A stretch of 63,678 bases of DNA, counting the filler, from Octopus bimaculoides (lineage: Eukaryota): assembly GCF_001194135.2 (NCBI RefSeq). It is 8 parts of 7 records of this genome, joined end to end, with 100 filler letters (N's around TTAATTAATTAA, not from the genome) between each part and the next. Parts side by side here need not be neighbours in the genome. Positions count along the whole stretch, not along the records: positions 8,358 to 24,589 come from NC_068989.1; positions 24,690 to 28,268 come from NW_026336419.1; 6 more parts are not named here. One strand, 5' to 3'. Position numbers and translations under genes: made by a program. This document shows positions 12,111-25,166 of the stretch, in pieces. How positions within the stretch are numbered: position 1 is the first letter of the stretch; every line of letters begins with the position of its first letter. The notes beneath the pieces were generated by a model. That model was not told where the DNA came from. It made no database searches and saw only the letters and a program-made list of their open reading frames with translations.

Positions 12111-13521
12111 AGTTCAAACAAATATTACTCTTTTTCTTGGTAGTACAAATGTTCTACTTTAATCTTTATTTCTCAATGTAACTCTTACCAAATTTTCTCG
12201 ATTCGCATCGAGACTGATTTGTTTCAGTTAATATCTACTTTTATGCATAAGATGTATTTATTAATTTATATTTGTTTTTTTGCAGTCGGAAATATAAAAA
12301 AAATAATAATATGTAATTACTCCTTCATTAATGTAGCTTTACTTTATGCTTGTATTGATGGTGATGCAGGTAATTCTGTTGGTTGTGCTGGTGGAGTTGA
12401 TGCTATTGAATTGTATTCTAGGTAATTCCATTATAATTTCGTGTTCATTACGCGTCAAATGATGTGGCTTGAAACTAATCAAAATGCTATTAATATTTTA
12501 AAATTAATCCTCATAAAACTTTCGCACTTTCAAGAGAACATTGATCAGCTGTACAACGAAATGGGGCGGGTACGTACTTTTGTTATTAGCAAATCAACGT
12601 CGGTTACACTGTGATTTTCAAGAGTAGGCGTCTGTCCAAGTTCGTGAAACATCTTTCAAATAATTGTGATGATTATGGAAGATGTAAATTGACAATCTAA
12701 ATGCATTAGATTAACAACACCTGCAATATAGTGGTATTAAAACAATAAGAATTAACTAAAAGTTTAGGCATTTACCATGCATGGGAAAAACATATTGCAG
12801 GTAAATCTTATCAACACTATTTCAATAGTGGATTAGAAAATGGCTTGAGAAATTGTATACACGGAAGTCATATGCTGTAAAATCAAATAGTAACTTTGAA
12901 TATGTGCCAATTACATACTTATATCGATCACCTTGACTTAGATGGCTCCTCGTGAAATCAATATTCAAACGAGTTATAGCTTGTAAAAATGCGAGAAAGT
13001 TTCGAAGGGAAGACAACCTGTGTTCAGTTATTAGTGTTAAAGTATGTAAAAACACCAGAAAACTATTCCGAATAGAAGAGTCATTCCGAAAATGCTGCAA
13101 TCGTTTCACAAGATTCTAATACCGAAGTCTTTGTTTCTAAGTTATGTTCTATTAGGTTTTGAAGGAAGCTGTTGTTAAAATATCCAATTATGATATTATA
13201 AATGTGTTAAATCATGCTGCTAGTCATAACATTTTGATTACTCTTGAATAAAATCTAGCGTCCTGTCTGATAATATCTTAGACTACAAGGCATAATCCAT
13301 CATTAGCATATGTCGCTATAACGAAGACGTATTAGAACAAAGGTGTGTTCAAGCAATATAGCCCAGAAAAGAACACAAACAAGAAACTTTTCAATACCAT
13401 GATTTATATAGAGGTGAGGTCTGGTGAGGAAAATTTATTGGTAATAGAATTAAAGAGTCTGAGTAGCATATTCCGATGGGCACGCCAAGGAAACATATTT
13501 TAATAGATCATAGGGTTGCAA

Positions 13522-13621
13522 ACAATCCTGTATATTTTTGCACCGTTAAATGTACGGATAAATAAAGAAACACAATCCTGTATATTTTTGCACCGTTAAA
13601 TGTATGAATAAATAAAGAAAC
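13522..13621. repeat. 50-bp tandem duplication (2 copies)
   Basis: ACAATCCTGTATATTTTTGCACCGTTAAATGTA... starts at both 13522 and 13572. Confidence 0.9.
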
Positions 13622-13762
13622 GAATATGCCTCAATTTAATAAACATAGCGAAGTATTTGAAGATACAATGAAGTGATTATAATATTTGTAGTTTTTGTTG
13701 TGACGATTGAAATGAAGACGATGTTTAAGACGAGTATATGGTGACAATAATGTTGATGATGT

Positions 13763-13825
<63 letters not shown>

Positions 13826-14234
13826 CGATGATGACGATGATAAAGACGACGATGATGACGTCGAGAACGATGATGATGATAAAGGAAAATATTTAAGGTG
13901 ATAAAGCAACCAGTATTCTCTTGCAACACAAACACGATAACGAAATATCTTTTATACATCTCTGGTTGAATAATACACACTACTTATATAAATGATACTA
14001 CTTTATGAGATGCATAGCAATTTAATATTAAAAGTATATATAAATGAAATCATAAAGATATAATTTCTTGTCATGAAGAAAATATCACATATAGAAAATC
14101 GCAAGTAATCGAAATGTGAAGTGTAAAAGTTTTATATAACTGAATACAAAAAAAATGCAGAACATGAAAATACGGTATACGTACACATACACACACACAC
14201 ACACAAACTCTCACACGCACACACACACACATAC

Positions 14235-14266
<32 letters not shown>

Positions 14267-14304
14267 GCACGCACACACATATATATATATGTATACATAT
14301 ATTA

Positions 14305-14542
14305 CAGTTCTATATTTAAGAGATGAGGATTTATGCATATTATTTACATTTGTCGGATATTTGTCCTCATCTTGCGTGTTCTTAACACAGTGTTTAGGCT
14401 GATATACCCTCCAGCCTTCGCCAAGGGGAAATTTCGAACCTGGGTTCTCATTCCTAAGGTATTTCTCAATGTAATTCTTCTTCTTCTTCTTCTTCTTCTT
14501 CTTCTTCTTCTTCTTCTTCTTCTTCTTCTTCTTCTTCTTCTT

Positions 14543-14573
<31 letters not shown>

Positions 14574-14589
14574 TTATNNNNNNNNNNTT

Positions 14590-14666
<77 letters not shown>

Positions 14667-14757
14667 CATTATTATTATTATTGTTATTATTATTATTCTG
14701 AGCCACTATTATTAACCACTACGCCATATGCCCGTGGGCATATGATGTAGTGGTTAA
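14305..14757 (-). mobile_element. Family H copy with hammerhead core deleted, expanded internal (GAA)/(TAA) microsatellite and a retained 5' hairpin
   Basis: Minus strand: GAGAAATACCTTAGGAATGAGAACCCAGGTTCGAAATTTCCCC-TTGGC-GAAGGCTGGAGGGTATATCAGCCTAAAC. Palindrome at 14712-14757. Confidence 0.7.
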
Positions 14758-14837
14758 ATACTATGAATATAATATGTAAAATAACATGATATTATATAAC
14801 ATAAAAAACCATAACAGGCCAACAAATTGTATATCAC

Positions 14838-14962
14838 TTACAAGGCTTTGGTCAACCCGAGATTATAGCAGAAGACACTTTGCCAAGGTACCACGCAATA
14901 GAACTGAACCCAGAACCATGTCATTGGGAAGCAAGTTTCTTAACCCACAGTCACGCCTGCGC
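14838..14962 (-). mobile_element. tRNA-derived SINE family B (CORE-like CCTTGGGCAAGT motif), 5' part
   Basis: Homologous to the full-length copies at 61270-61680 and 61868-62345. Confidence 0.75.
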
Positions 14963-16087
14963 CTACATGTATAGATCATTAGATAGATATACATCTACAC
15001 ATCCATACACACACACACACACACACACACANNNNNNNNNNNNNNNNNNNNNNNNNNNNNNNNNNNNNNNNNNNNNNNNNNNNNNNNNNNNNNNNNNNNN
15101 NNNNNNNNNNNNNNNNNNNNNNNNNNNNNNNNNNNNNNNNNNNNNNNNNNNNNNNNNNNNNNNNNNNNNNNNNNNNNNNNNNNNNNNNNNNNNNNNNNNN
15201 NNNNNNNNNNNNNNNNNNNNNNNNNNNNNNNNNNNNNNNNNNNNNNNNNNNNNNNNNNNNNNNNNNNNNNNNNNNNNNNNNNNNNNNNNNNNNNNNNNNN
15301 NNNNNNNNNNNNNNNNNNNNNNNNNNNNNNNNNNNNNNNNNNNNNNNNNNNNNNNNNNNNNNNNNNNNNNNNNNNNNNNNNNNNNNNNNNNNNNNNNNNN
15401 NNNNNNNNNNNNNNNNNNNNNNNNNNNNNNNNNNNNNNNNNNNNNNNNNNNNNNNNNNNNNNNNNNNNNNNNNNNNNNNNNNNNNNNNNNNNNNNNNNNN
15501 NNNNNNNNNNNNNNNNNNNNNNNNNNNNNNNNNNNNNNNNNNNNNNNNNNNNNNNNNNNNNNNNNNNNNNNNNNNNNNNNNNNNNNNNNNNNNNNNNNNN
15601 NNNNNNNNNNNNNNNNNNNNNNNNNNNNNNNNNNNNNNNNNNNNNNNNNNNNNNNNNNNNNNNNNNNNNNNNNNNNNNNNNNNNNNNNNNNNNNNNNNNN
15701 NNNNNNNNNNNNNNNNNNNNNNNNNNNNNNNNNNNNNNNNNNNNNNNNNNNNNNNNNNNNNNNNNNNNNNNNNNNNNNNNNNNNNNNNNNNNNNNNNNNN
15801 NNNNNNNNNNNNNNNNNNNNNNNNNNNNNNNNNNNNNNNNNNNNNNNNNNNNNNNNNNNNNNNNNNNNNNNNNNNNNNNNNNNNNNNNNNNNNNNNNNNN
15901 NNNNNNNNNNNNNNNNNNNNNNNNGAGAGAGAGAGCGATAGATAGATAGATAGAATGACAGACAGACTGATAGACAGATAGATAGATTGATAGATAGATT
16001 GATAGATAGATAGATAGATAGATAGATGGAAAGACAGACAGACTGATTGACAGATAGATAGATAAATAGATAGATAGATAGATACAT

Positions 16088-17268
16088 TTCTTTTATTAGC
16101 CACACAGGGGTCAACGAAGATGGGACAAATACAATGTAGAGCTTTTCTTTTTGGGAGGGGGAAGGAAGGAAAAAGTAAAAAAAAAGAAAAAAGGGGTGGT
16201 GTCGATCAAAAGGTTTCGTAGGAAGAGAAAAAGGGGGAGATCGATCAAAAGGGATCGAGAAAAAAAAAAAAAAGGAAAGGCCGATCAATAGGAATCGTGT
16301 ATCACACAGTAATGTTCTCGTGTAAAAAGAGGGGAGGACAGTTTAGCTTTAGCCGTGGAAAGAAAAGCCTACGGAGAAGACCACGGTAACCTTGGTCAAT
16401 ATTCTCATTGAAGAAACTATAACAGTAAGTGACCCTCTTTTGCCATTTTGTTCTATTTTTTTTCTTGGATTTTTTTTCTAGTTCATAGGGTTATGCTCAA
16501 GATGGCTCCGTCGTTCACATGTACCATCCTTGTTACATTTACCCATCTTTTTTTGAAGCATTCACTAGACAAGACTTCCTTTTCTACTCTCACCTTCCTC
16601 TTCAGGTGATACTTGAAGAAGTTGATGAGAGATTGCCCAGAGAAGAAAGTCTTTGTCTCTAGACTATTCAGACGCGTCCACCATACACATTCTTTCGCCA
16701 TAGCCACAAGTGCGATGAAAATAGCTCTTCCTNNNNNNNNNNNNNNNNNNNNNNNNNNNNNNNNNNNNNNNNNNNNNNNNNNNNNNNNNNNNNNNNNNNN
16801 NNNNNNNNNNNNNNNNNNNNNNNNNNNNNNNNNNNNNNNNNNNNNNNNNNNNNNNNNNNNNNNNNNNNNNNNNNNNNNNNNNNNNNNNNNNNNNNNNNNN
16901 NNNNNNNNNNNNNNNNNNNCTGCGGGAAAGCGCGCCGCACAAACGGTGACCACACCTGTTGACCGCTGTCTACGTAGAGCCGGAGATGTCGCAGTCTCAG
17001 CGCGTGTTTTCGCATCATCAACCACAGCATGCCCAGTCCTCCTTTTAACGGGTGTTGGCAGCAAACGGATCGCCTAACCATCGGAACGCTTCCTTTCCAC
17101 AAGAAGCGGAAGAGGATGCGCTCCAGTTTGGTGATGGTAGGGTCGGGACAAGGAACGACGGTCAGGCGGTAGTAGATGACGGACGGGATGTACGTGTTCG
17201 CCACCTCCGCCCGACCTTCCAGGGAAAGCTTCCTCTCGGCCCATTGCTGGGCTAGAGTGGCCACCCTT
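16088..17268 (-). mobile_element. 5'-truncated Tx1/L1-clade LINE (end of ORF2, 3' UTR, polyA signal)
   Basis: QQWAERKLSLEGRAEVANTYIPSVIYYRLTVVPCP...LERILFRFLWKG...VCCQHPLKGGLG is the L1/Tx1 RT-thumb signature. The frame continues after the gap to a stop at 16483. AATAAA lies at ~16092-16097 on the minus strand. (GATA)n flanks both sides. Confidence 0.85.
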
Positions 17269-18007
17269 CAGATAGATAGCTAGATAGATAGATATGTATG
17301 TATGTATATAAAGTCTATATAATATTTGTAAACAAACCAGAAAGACTGCTATATCTAAACTTTTTCAACCGTGAATAATGCACATTCACTCTTTCTGCTA
17401 TTTTTTTTTTTGTCCTTTTTTTATTTATAGGCTGATCCCGGAAAATCATAAAGTAAAACTGTGATATATGATGTCTCAGTTGCGACAAGAAATTAGTATT
17501 TTGTATATCTGAAAATATTTCCTGATAGAGGTTTTGTGTAAATGCTTCTCTGTTTTATTGTCATTTTCACTTCCATCAATGATAACAGATATTTTTGTTG
17601 TTGACCTGAGAAACCGCTACGTGTTTGATGTAAATCTGGTAGAATGTCTCCTATAGCTGAAATGCACATGTTTTATAATTTACGCCAATGTATCAACAGT
17701 TTCAGAATAAAATCAAACATGTAACTGTAAGTTGTAAAATTCTGTGTAAAACTTACTTATGCTTTGTTGGATAACATTTTACTTTAAAATGAGATTTTCC
17801 TGTGCAATATAAACTTATCGATTTTAATCTTCTAAGCTATATTCAACGGCACCAAATTTTAAAAACTTCAGCTCAAGTAAGGTCAAGTCACGTTGGCTGT
17901 AGACGCAAAGGCACGTAGGCCATAGAAAATCTAATTTTTCGATCATATGATTACATATGAACATGCGTACCTAACAAATATGCATACATAGATAAGGTAT
18001 GTAATCT

Positions 18008-18178
18008 TTTACTTGTGTCAGTCATTTCACTGCGGCGATGCTGGAGTAGTGCATTTAGACCCTAGGATTTATTCTTTATAAGCCTTGTACTTATTCTATC
18101 TGTATCTTTTGCTGAATCGGTAACTTACGGGGACGTAAACACCCCATTATCGGTTATCAAACACAGAGACAAGCACAA
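18008..18178 (-). mobile_element. SINE family B, 3' part
   Basis: Homologous to the 3' half of the full copies (GTCAAATGACTGA, AATAAGTAC). Confidence 0.65.
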
Positions 18179-18228
<50 letters not shown>

Positions 18229-18320
18229 AATAATAATATTTCGGCTTAAAATCCAAATTTACAGGTAAAAACTCAATTAAAATTAATTTATTAAAAATTA
18301 AAATTAAATTATGTTTCACA

Positions 18321-18384
<64 letters not shown>

Positions 18385-18761
18385 TTAGGGAAAAGAACCA
18401 AGGTTCATGAACTCATCGATGAAAATCCACTGTCACATATAGAAAAATTAATAAGTAAAAGCACAATATATAAGTATAATATAATACAAAGTGAATATCA
18501 TAAGATAATGATAATAATAATAATACTATAGATGATAATACGGACAGACGAACACACACACATACACAAGGACACATATGGAGACATACATCCATACATA
18601 ACTGACGCACACACATACACAAACCTATACGCATATACACACTCAAACATTCACAGACAAGGAGACAGAGGTACACACACAAATACATACACACACGCAT
18701 ACAAACACACAAACACATGAATATGCAGAATACATACACACAAACGTGCACACACGCATGC

Positions 18762-18808
<47 letters not shown>

Positions 18809-18818
18809 NNNNNNNNNN

Positions 18819-18873
<55 letters not shown>

Positions 18874-20929
18874 ATGTGTACACATACATGCATACATACA
18901 TACATGTATGTATAGAAATGCATAGTGTTGCATAGACATGCGCACAAACACACAAACGAACAAACAATAAGAACGCAGCTCCGATACCAGTGTTAAAGAC
19001 TATTGAAGAGGTTGCAAAAAACAACGAAACTTTTAGAAAATATAAGTAAATGATTGGAAATTGAAGCGGTTGGTGTGTTAAATAATGAGGCATTAAAACA
19101 AAATGACTCTCCCGAAACACACTATTTCACATAAAGGATCTTGCAAAACAAATACAAATACAAAAACGAAATATATATATATATATATTTCTGTGTGTAC
19201 ATGTGTGTGTGAGTGTATGTGTGTGTATGAGAGAGTATGAGTGTGAATATGTTAGAGTGCGTATACACCAATGTCTAGATCTAAAACTTAATTTGTTCTA
19301 GGAGACCGTTCGTAAAGCAAAGCAATATTTTCCCATAGAAGCAATGTTAGAAATCGTAATTCATTCTCAAAAATATATTCTACCTATACAATTTATAACA
19401 CTTATGAAATAAATGGCTAGAAAAGACCAGTAGAATGATTATTTCATGTAAAATAAAACAAAATGGCAAGATATTTCACAATAAAAAAAATTATTATTAA
19501 ATCACTTTCAATCGCACTAGACTTGCGCACACCATCTCTTGTAGACGCGATCAACAATTCACAAGCACTCGCAGATGGAATTGTAGATTTCTCTTTAAAA
19601 AAAACAAGTCCAGAATTTGCCTGCTTAGAAGAACATGCGGAACCTTTTTTGTTATGGCGGCGTTGCCACGTGATGCGACGTTGCCACACACACAATATGG
19701 CTGTTTAACTTTTTTATATTTATTATAAAATAAAACTCGTAAAACCGGAGTCTCATAAAGCAGCCCTTCTTGAAGTGAGGTATTATTGTNNNNNNNNNNN
19801 NNNNNNNNNNNNNNNNNNNNNNNNNNNNNNNNNNNNNNNNNNNNNNNNNNNNNNNNNNNNNNNNNNNNNNNNNNNNNNNNNNNNNNNNNNNNNNNNNNNN
19901 NNNNNNNNNNNNNNNNNNNNNNNNNNNNNNNNNNNNNNNNNNNNNNNNNNNNNNNNNNNNNNNNNNNNNNNNNNNNNNNNNNNNNNNNNNNNNNNNNNNN
20001 NNNNNNNNNNNNNNNNNNNNNNNNNNNNNNNNNNNNNNNNNNNNNNNNNNNNNNNNNNNNNNNNNNNNNNNNNNNNNNNNNNNNNNNNNNNNNNNNNNNN
20101 NNNNNNNNNNNNNNNNNNNNNNNNNNNNNNNNNNNNNNNNNNNNNNNNNNNNNNNNNNNNNNNNNNNNNNNNNNNNNNNNNNNNNNNNNNNNNNNNNNNN
20201 NNNNNNNNNNNNNNNNNNNNNNNNNNNNNNNNNNNNNNNNNNNNNNNNNNNNNNNNNNNNNNNNNNNNNNNNNNNNNNNNNNNNNNNNNNNNNNNNNNNN
20301 NNATATATATGTATATATGCATTTATGTGGGTATGCATGCATGTATGTATGTGCGTATGTATACATTTATATATGAATGCCACTCTATGTGCCTATATGT
20401 ACTTATGCAAATATGAAATACGTGGGTCTTGTTTCAAAATTAACTTTTATGCAACTGGAAAGAATTTTAGAAATAATACAGTGCGTATACTTTATGTTTT
20501 ACATAACTGACACTTAATAAAACGATCATATAGCAGTTACGTTGATATAAGCTGTTTACTTCAGAGAAATCACAGTTCCTATGTTTCACAGTTTCTGAGG
20601 TTCTCTCGTTAATTTTGAAGCCTAATCCTTCATACATTTCTCATCACTTTCATAATAATTTCTTTTGGATTCGTTACACAAGTATTAAAAATAATAGACT
20701 TTACACATTTTGTACAGGCAGCAGTTACACATTACATATGGATATGGTTTATTTTGCCTTTTGTGTTAACTCAGCCTTTCGCGCCCCACATCATTCCCAA
20801 TCTGATGCGTTAGGTATCTTTTAACTGACACACTGTCACACACACACGCACACACGCACGCACGCACACATATACACACAATAACAAAAACAAACACCCA
20901 TATGTATGTATTTATATATGAAAGTATAC

Positions 20930-21197
20930 ATACAGTTCTATGTTTAATAGATGAGGAATTATGCACATTATTTACATTATTTACAATTGACGAATATTTG
21001 TCCTAATCTTCTTTGTTGTTAACCCAACGTTTCGGCTGATATACTCTCCAGGCTTCATCAGGTGTCTTGAGGCAATTTCGAACCTGCGTTCTCCTTCTTA
21101 AGGTATTTTTCGTTGTTGTTGTTGTTGTTGTTATTATATTCTTCTTCTTCTTCTTCTTCTTCTTCTTCTTCTTCTTCTTCTTCTTCTTCTTCTTCTT

Positions 21198-21275
<78 letters not shown>

Positions 21276-21478
21276 NNNNNNNNNNTTATTATTGTTACTG
21301 TTATTAACAACAACAACAACAAAAAACAACATCGAAAAATGTCTTAGGAATGAGAACCCAGGTTCGAAATTTCCCCAAGACACCTGATGAAGGTTGGAGG
21401 GCATATCAGCCGAAATGTTGTGTTAACAACAAAGAAGGTGAGGGAAAATATCTGTCAATTGTAAATAATGTAAATAAT
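20930..21478. mobile_element. Two family H hammerhead modules in divergent inverted orientation around (GTT)/(TTC)/(TTA) microsatellites
   Basis: Minus-strand core at ~21021-21066 and plus-strand core at 21379-21424; both read outward from the microsatellite block. Confidence 0.8.
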
Positions 21479-22425
21479 GAATGTATACATGTTTATATAT
21501 GTGTTCTTGTAGGAATGCACGTGTGTGTACATCAGATTTGACGAGGCCCTAGCAATATGTGAAGAATAAATGAGAGGCAGAAGATTTATCATGTTCGTCC
21601 TCTGCTGATCAATGAATTCATTTTGAAACCACATTCAAGCCAAGTGTGTTTTCAAACATAAGGTCTACAGCAATTGTGTATGTGATAATAAGCTATCTCT
21701 GAGTAAGGCATCGTAAATTAATGAAATTTTCCCGGAAATCACTTGCGTCGTGATAACATAAACACCTATAAATTATCAAGTAATATAATGCGTGTTACAA
21801 GTAACTAGCGTTAATATGGCTTCTATTTTTACAGTTTATAAAAATATTTAATGCTGATTTATTTCTGATTAAACATAATAATTAAGATTTTATGTACAGT
21901 GGAAATTATGATTCATCATATTCTATTATCATTCCCTTTAATCCTAAATTTACATGAATGAAATCCATGCGATATCGATTTATTTTATCATACCATTGTA
22001 GAATAATATGATAAAAATATGATTTTATACCATGAAGTTTTCTAAGTAATGAATAATTCAGACTTATAACATTTTATTTATAAAGCTGCTTTAGCATGCA
22101 ACTATTTTTTCTTTTCAGAGCAATACATTTTATTGAAATTCATTTAAAGTAGTTTTTGAATTGTATTTAATTTAAATAGTCATTATTATCTGGAATCTCA
22201 GGGATGCGAATAATATGAGCTTAATCCTTTCTACGTAACTGTAATACAACATACAGATATGATTCAGTGACATCCAACATGACGGGGATCTATAGTATAT
22301 AGGATATATGAAAAATCAAATACTCTTGCTCTCTTTCTTGTTAAATAGTCGTATTAAACAGTTAATTAAAAATTGTTTTTATGTCATTGTAATGCGATAT
22401 CTGGTGCATAAGAAAATGCATTATT

Positions 22426-23457
22426 TTAGTGGTTTTGGTAATAGAGCGAGAGTTTATGTTTGTTAGAAGCTGCTATAATAGATTCAAAGTTAGGAGTGGT
22501 AGAATACGATAATTTTAAAGTGGATCTGTTGAATATAGAGTGGTATTTGTGTTGTCGTGGGAAGTTAGAATCTAGTATTTTAAAGAAAGATTTGGCTAGG
22601 TTNNNNNNNNNNNNNNNNNNNNNNNNNNNNNNNNNNNNNNNNNNNNNNNNNNNNNNNNNNNNNNNNNNNNNNNNNNNNNNNNNNNNNNNNNNNNNNNNNN
22701 NNNNNNNNNNNNNNNNNNNNNNNNNNNNNNNNNNNNNNNNNNNNNNNNNNNNNNNNNNNNNNNNNNNNNNNNNNNNNNNNNNNNNNNNNNNNNNNNNNNN
22801 NNNNNNNNNNNNNNNNNNNNNNNNNNNNNNNNNNNNNNNNNNNNNNNNNNNNNNNNNNNNNNNNNNNNNNNNNNNNNNNNNNNNNNNNNNNNNNNNNNNN
22901 NNNNNNNNNNNNNNNNNNNNNNNNNNNNNNNNNNNNNNNNNNNNNNNNNNNNNNNNNNNNNNNNNNNNNNNNNNNNNNNNNNNNNNNNNNNNNNNNNNNN
23001 NNNNNNNNNNNNNNNNNNNNNNNNNNNNNNNNNNNNNNNNNNNNNNNNNNNNNNNNNNNNNNNNNNNNNNNNNNNNNNNNNNNNNNNNNNNNNNNNNNNN
23101 NNNNNNNNNNNNNNNNNNNNNNNNNNNNNNNNNNNNNNNNNNNNNNNNNNNNNNNNNNNNNNNNNNNNNNNNNNNNNNNNNNNNNNNNNNNNNNNNNNNN
23201 NNNNNNNNNNNNNNNNNNNNNNNNNNNNGATTCATACCTGAGAAAAATTTATGCAGATCCTTTTTTGTTCTCTCAATGGAAGATTTGTTAGTAGTCTTGG
23301 TAATAAGGAAAGCGTCATCCCTATATAGACCGCCGTGGATGTTAGGGAAGTGTGATTTTAATTGATGGAGTATATATAATCCAACTAAATCCGTGGCCTG
23401 TGCAGAATCGGAAGAACCCATGGTTACATCAAATGGTCGCTCCATCCTGTGGTACAC
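22426..23457 (-). mobile_element. Penelope-like element, RT core to thumb (inverted 5' portion, gap inside)
   Basis: FDVTMGSSDSAQATDLVGLYILHQL...GGLYRDDAF is the PLE RT core. After the gap: NLAKSFFKILDSNFP..H..IFNRSTLKLSYSTTPN. Confidence 0.85.
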
Positions 23458-24589
23458 CCCCCATTCTCTCTTAACACTAGGAACCTAGCCAAATCTTTCT
23501 TTAAAATACTAGATTCTAACTTCCCACGACAACACAAATACCACTCTATATTCAACAGATCCACTTTAAAATTATCGTATTCTACCACTCCTAACTTTGA
23601 ATCTATTATAGCAGCTTCTAACAAACTCTTGCTCTATTACCAAAACCTAAGCAACCGTAGCTATGCTAACACCATCACCCGACCCACACATACACCCAAC
23701 ACGGACATCAATATACGTTCTTCTAACGATAACGCTCATACACTGGAACAAAACCCACAATGGATCCCAACCCATTAATATTCTAGATAATAGCAATACC
23801 AATAATAACACTGATAGGACTAATAGCCAAAACAATAATTCCACTAATCTAGATTCCTACGCATCCCCTAATAACATATCCTCCAATAATAATAACTCAA
23901 CCACAAACATACGCAACCCTCTAGTCTCCTACACTTGTAACTGTCGCTCCGGGACTATCTACCGCTTCAAACACGTTGCGTAAGATACAATGTAATATAT
24001 AAATGCACCGTCAAAAATCTATTACATAACTCTACTGCCACGTACATTGGTGCAACTACTAACTTTAAACATCGCTACGCAGCCCACATGCACTCTTTTA
24101 GATACGAAAAACACAGTAAATCTAAAAACGTTAGCCAATCATATTCATCACCTCAAAAACAAAAATACCCAATACACCTTAAAATGGTCCATCCTAGACT
24201 CTGGAACTCCATACCAGGGCCAGCGCTCCAATTGCAAGCTTTGCCTAGCGGAGGCGTTCCATATTTTAAAATACAATTCTCCCACTTTACTTAATCGATA
24301 TAATGAAGCGTTTAGCAACTGCAACCACCGCTCTTTCCACACATTCAGGTTCTATCACAAACAAAATTGCGCAAATGATCACGCAACATAATAATACAAC
24401 CCCCGATAGGCAATATATTCAACCTGGCAAAAACATCCATCTTTCACCATCTTTTTGAAATAGGATTATTTCCTTTCGATCATTTCACCACACATATACC
24501 ACCAAATCTAATTCTCATATTCTCAATTTAACAAGAACACTACCTACACAAACAGACTCTTTCTATCCCTTTCCACCGTCTATAAATAG
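23450..24589 (+). mobile_element. Penelope-like element, thumb, linker, GIY-YIG endonuclease and 3' UTR (frameshifted)
   Basis: PPFSLNTRNLAKSFF..., CNCR, then VIYKCTVKNLHNSTATYIGATTNFKHRYAAHMHSF, WSILD, CKLCLAEAFHI, LLNRYNE..SNCNH. Confidence 0.85.
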
Positions 24590-24689
24590 NNNNNNNNNNN
24601 NNNNNNNNNNNNNNNNNNNNNNNNNNNNNNNNNTTAATTAATTAANNNNNNNNNNNNNNNNNNNNNNNNNNNNNNNNNNNNNNNNNNNN

Positions 24690-24726
<37 letters not shown>

Positions 24727-25134
24727 CACGCATATATAAATATATAACACTTGTATAAAAGGAAGAAAAGAGAGAACAATGTAATGTAGTATATATACAT
24801 ATATGTATATATGTATATATATGTACACACACACACATACGCACACGCACACACACGCACGCACATACACATACACATTGTAGTTATGTGTTGTGAGTGT
24901 AGTGCCGTTCCATAAACAAAACTGACCAAGGTACTGTAATAGTGTTATGCCAATTTCTATCAGAAGCCGCTGTGGTGGAATCTTTGAGTATTCCAAAGAA
25001 TTTAAGAATTCAACAGGATTGTTGATAAGTCATGCTAGGTTTGGGAGTTGAATCTAAAAAAAAAACAAAAAAACAGAAAGCATGTCTCTGCGTATTTCCT
25101 GAATGAGATACAATGATTAATACTACTAACAATA

Positions 25135-25166
<32 letters not shown>

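Noticed and set aside
12480-13480. Possible decayed coding region (helicase or viral-like)
   Set aside because: Manual translation gave no recognisable motif or sustained frame; needs BLASTX.
23930-24390. Possible selenocysteine-encoding (Naiad-type) PLE
   Set aside because: The visible Cys positions are TGT/TGC; no in-frame TGA at Cys sites and no SECIS seen.
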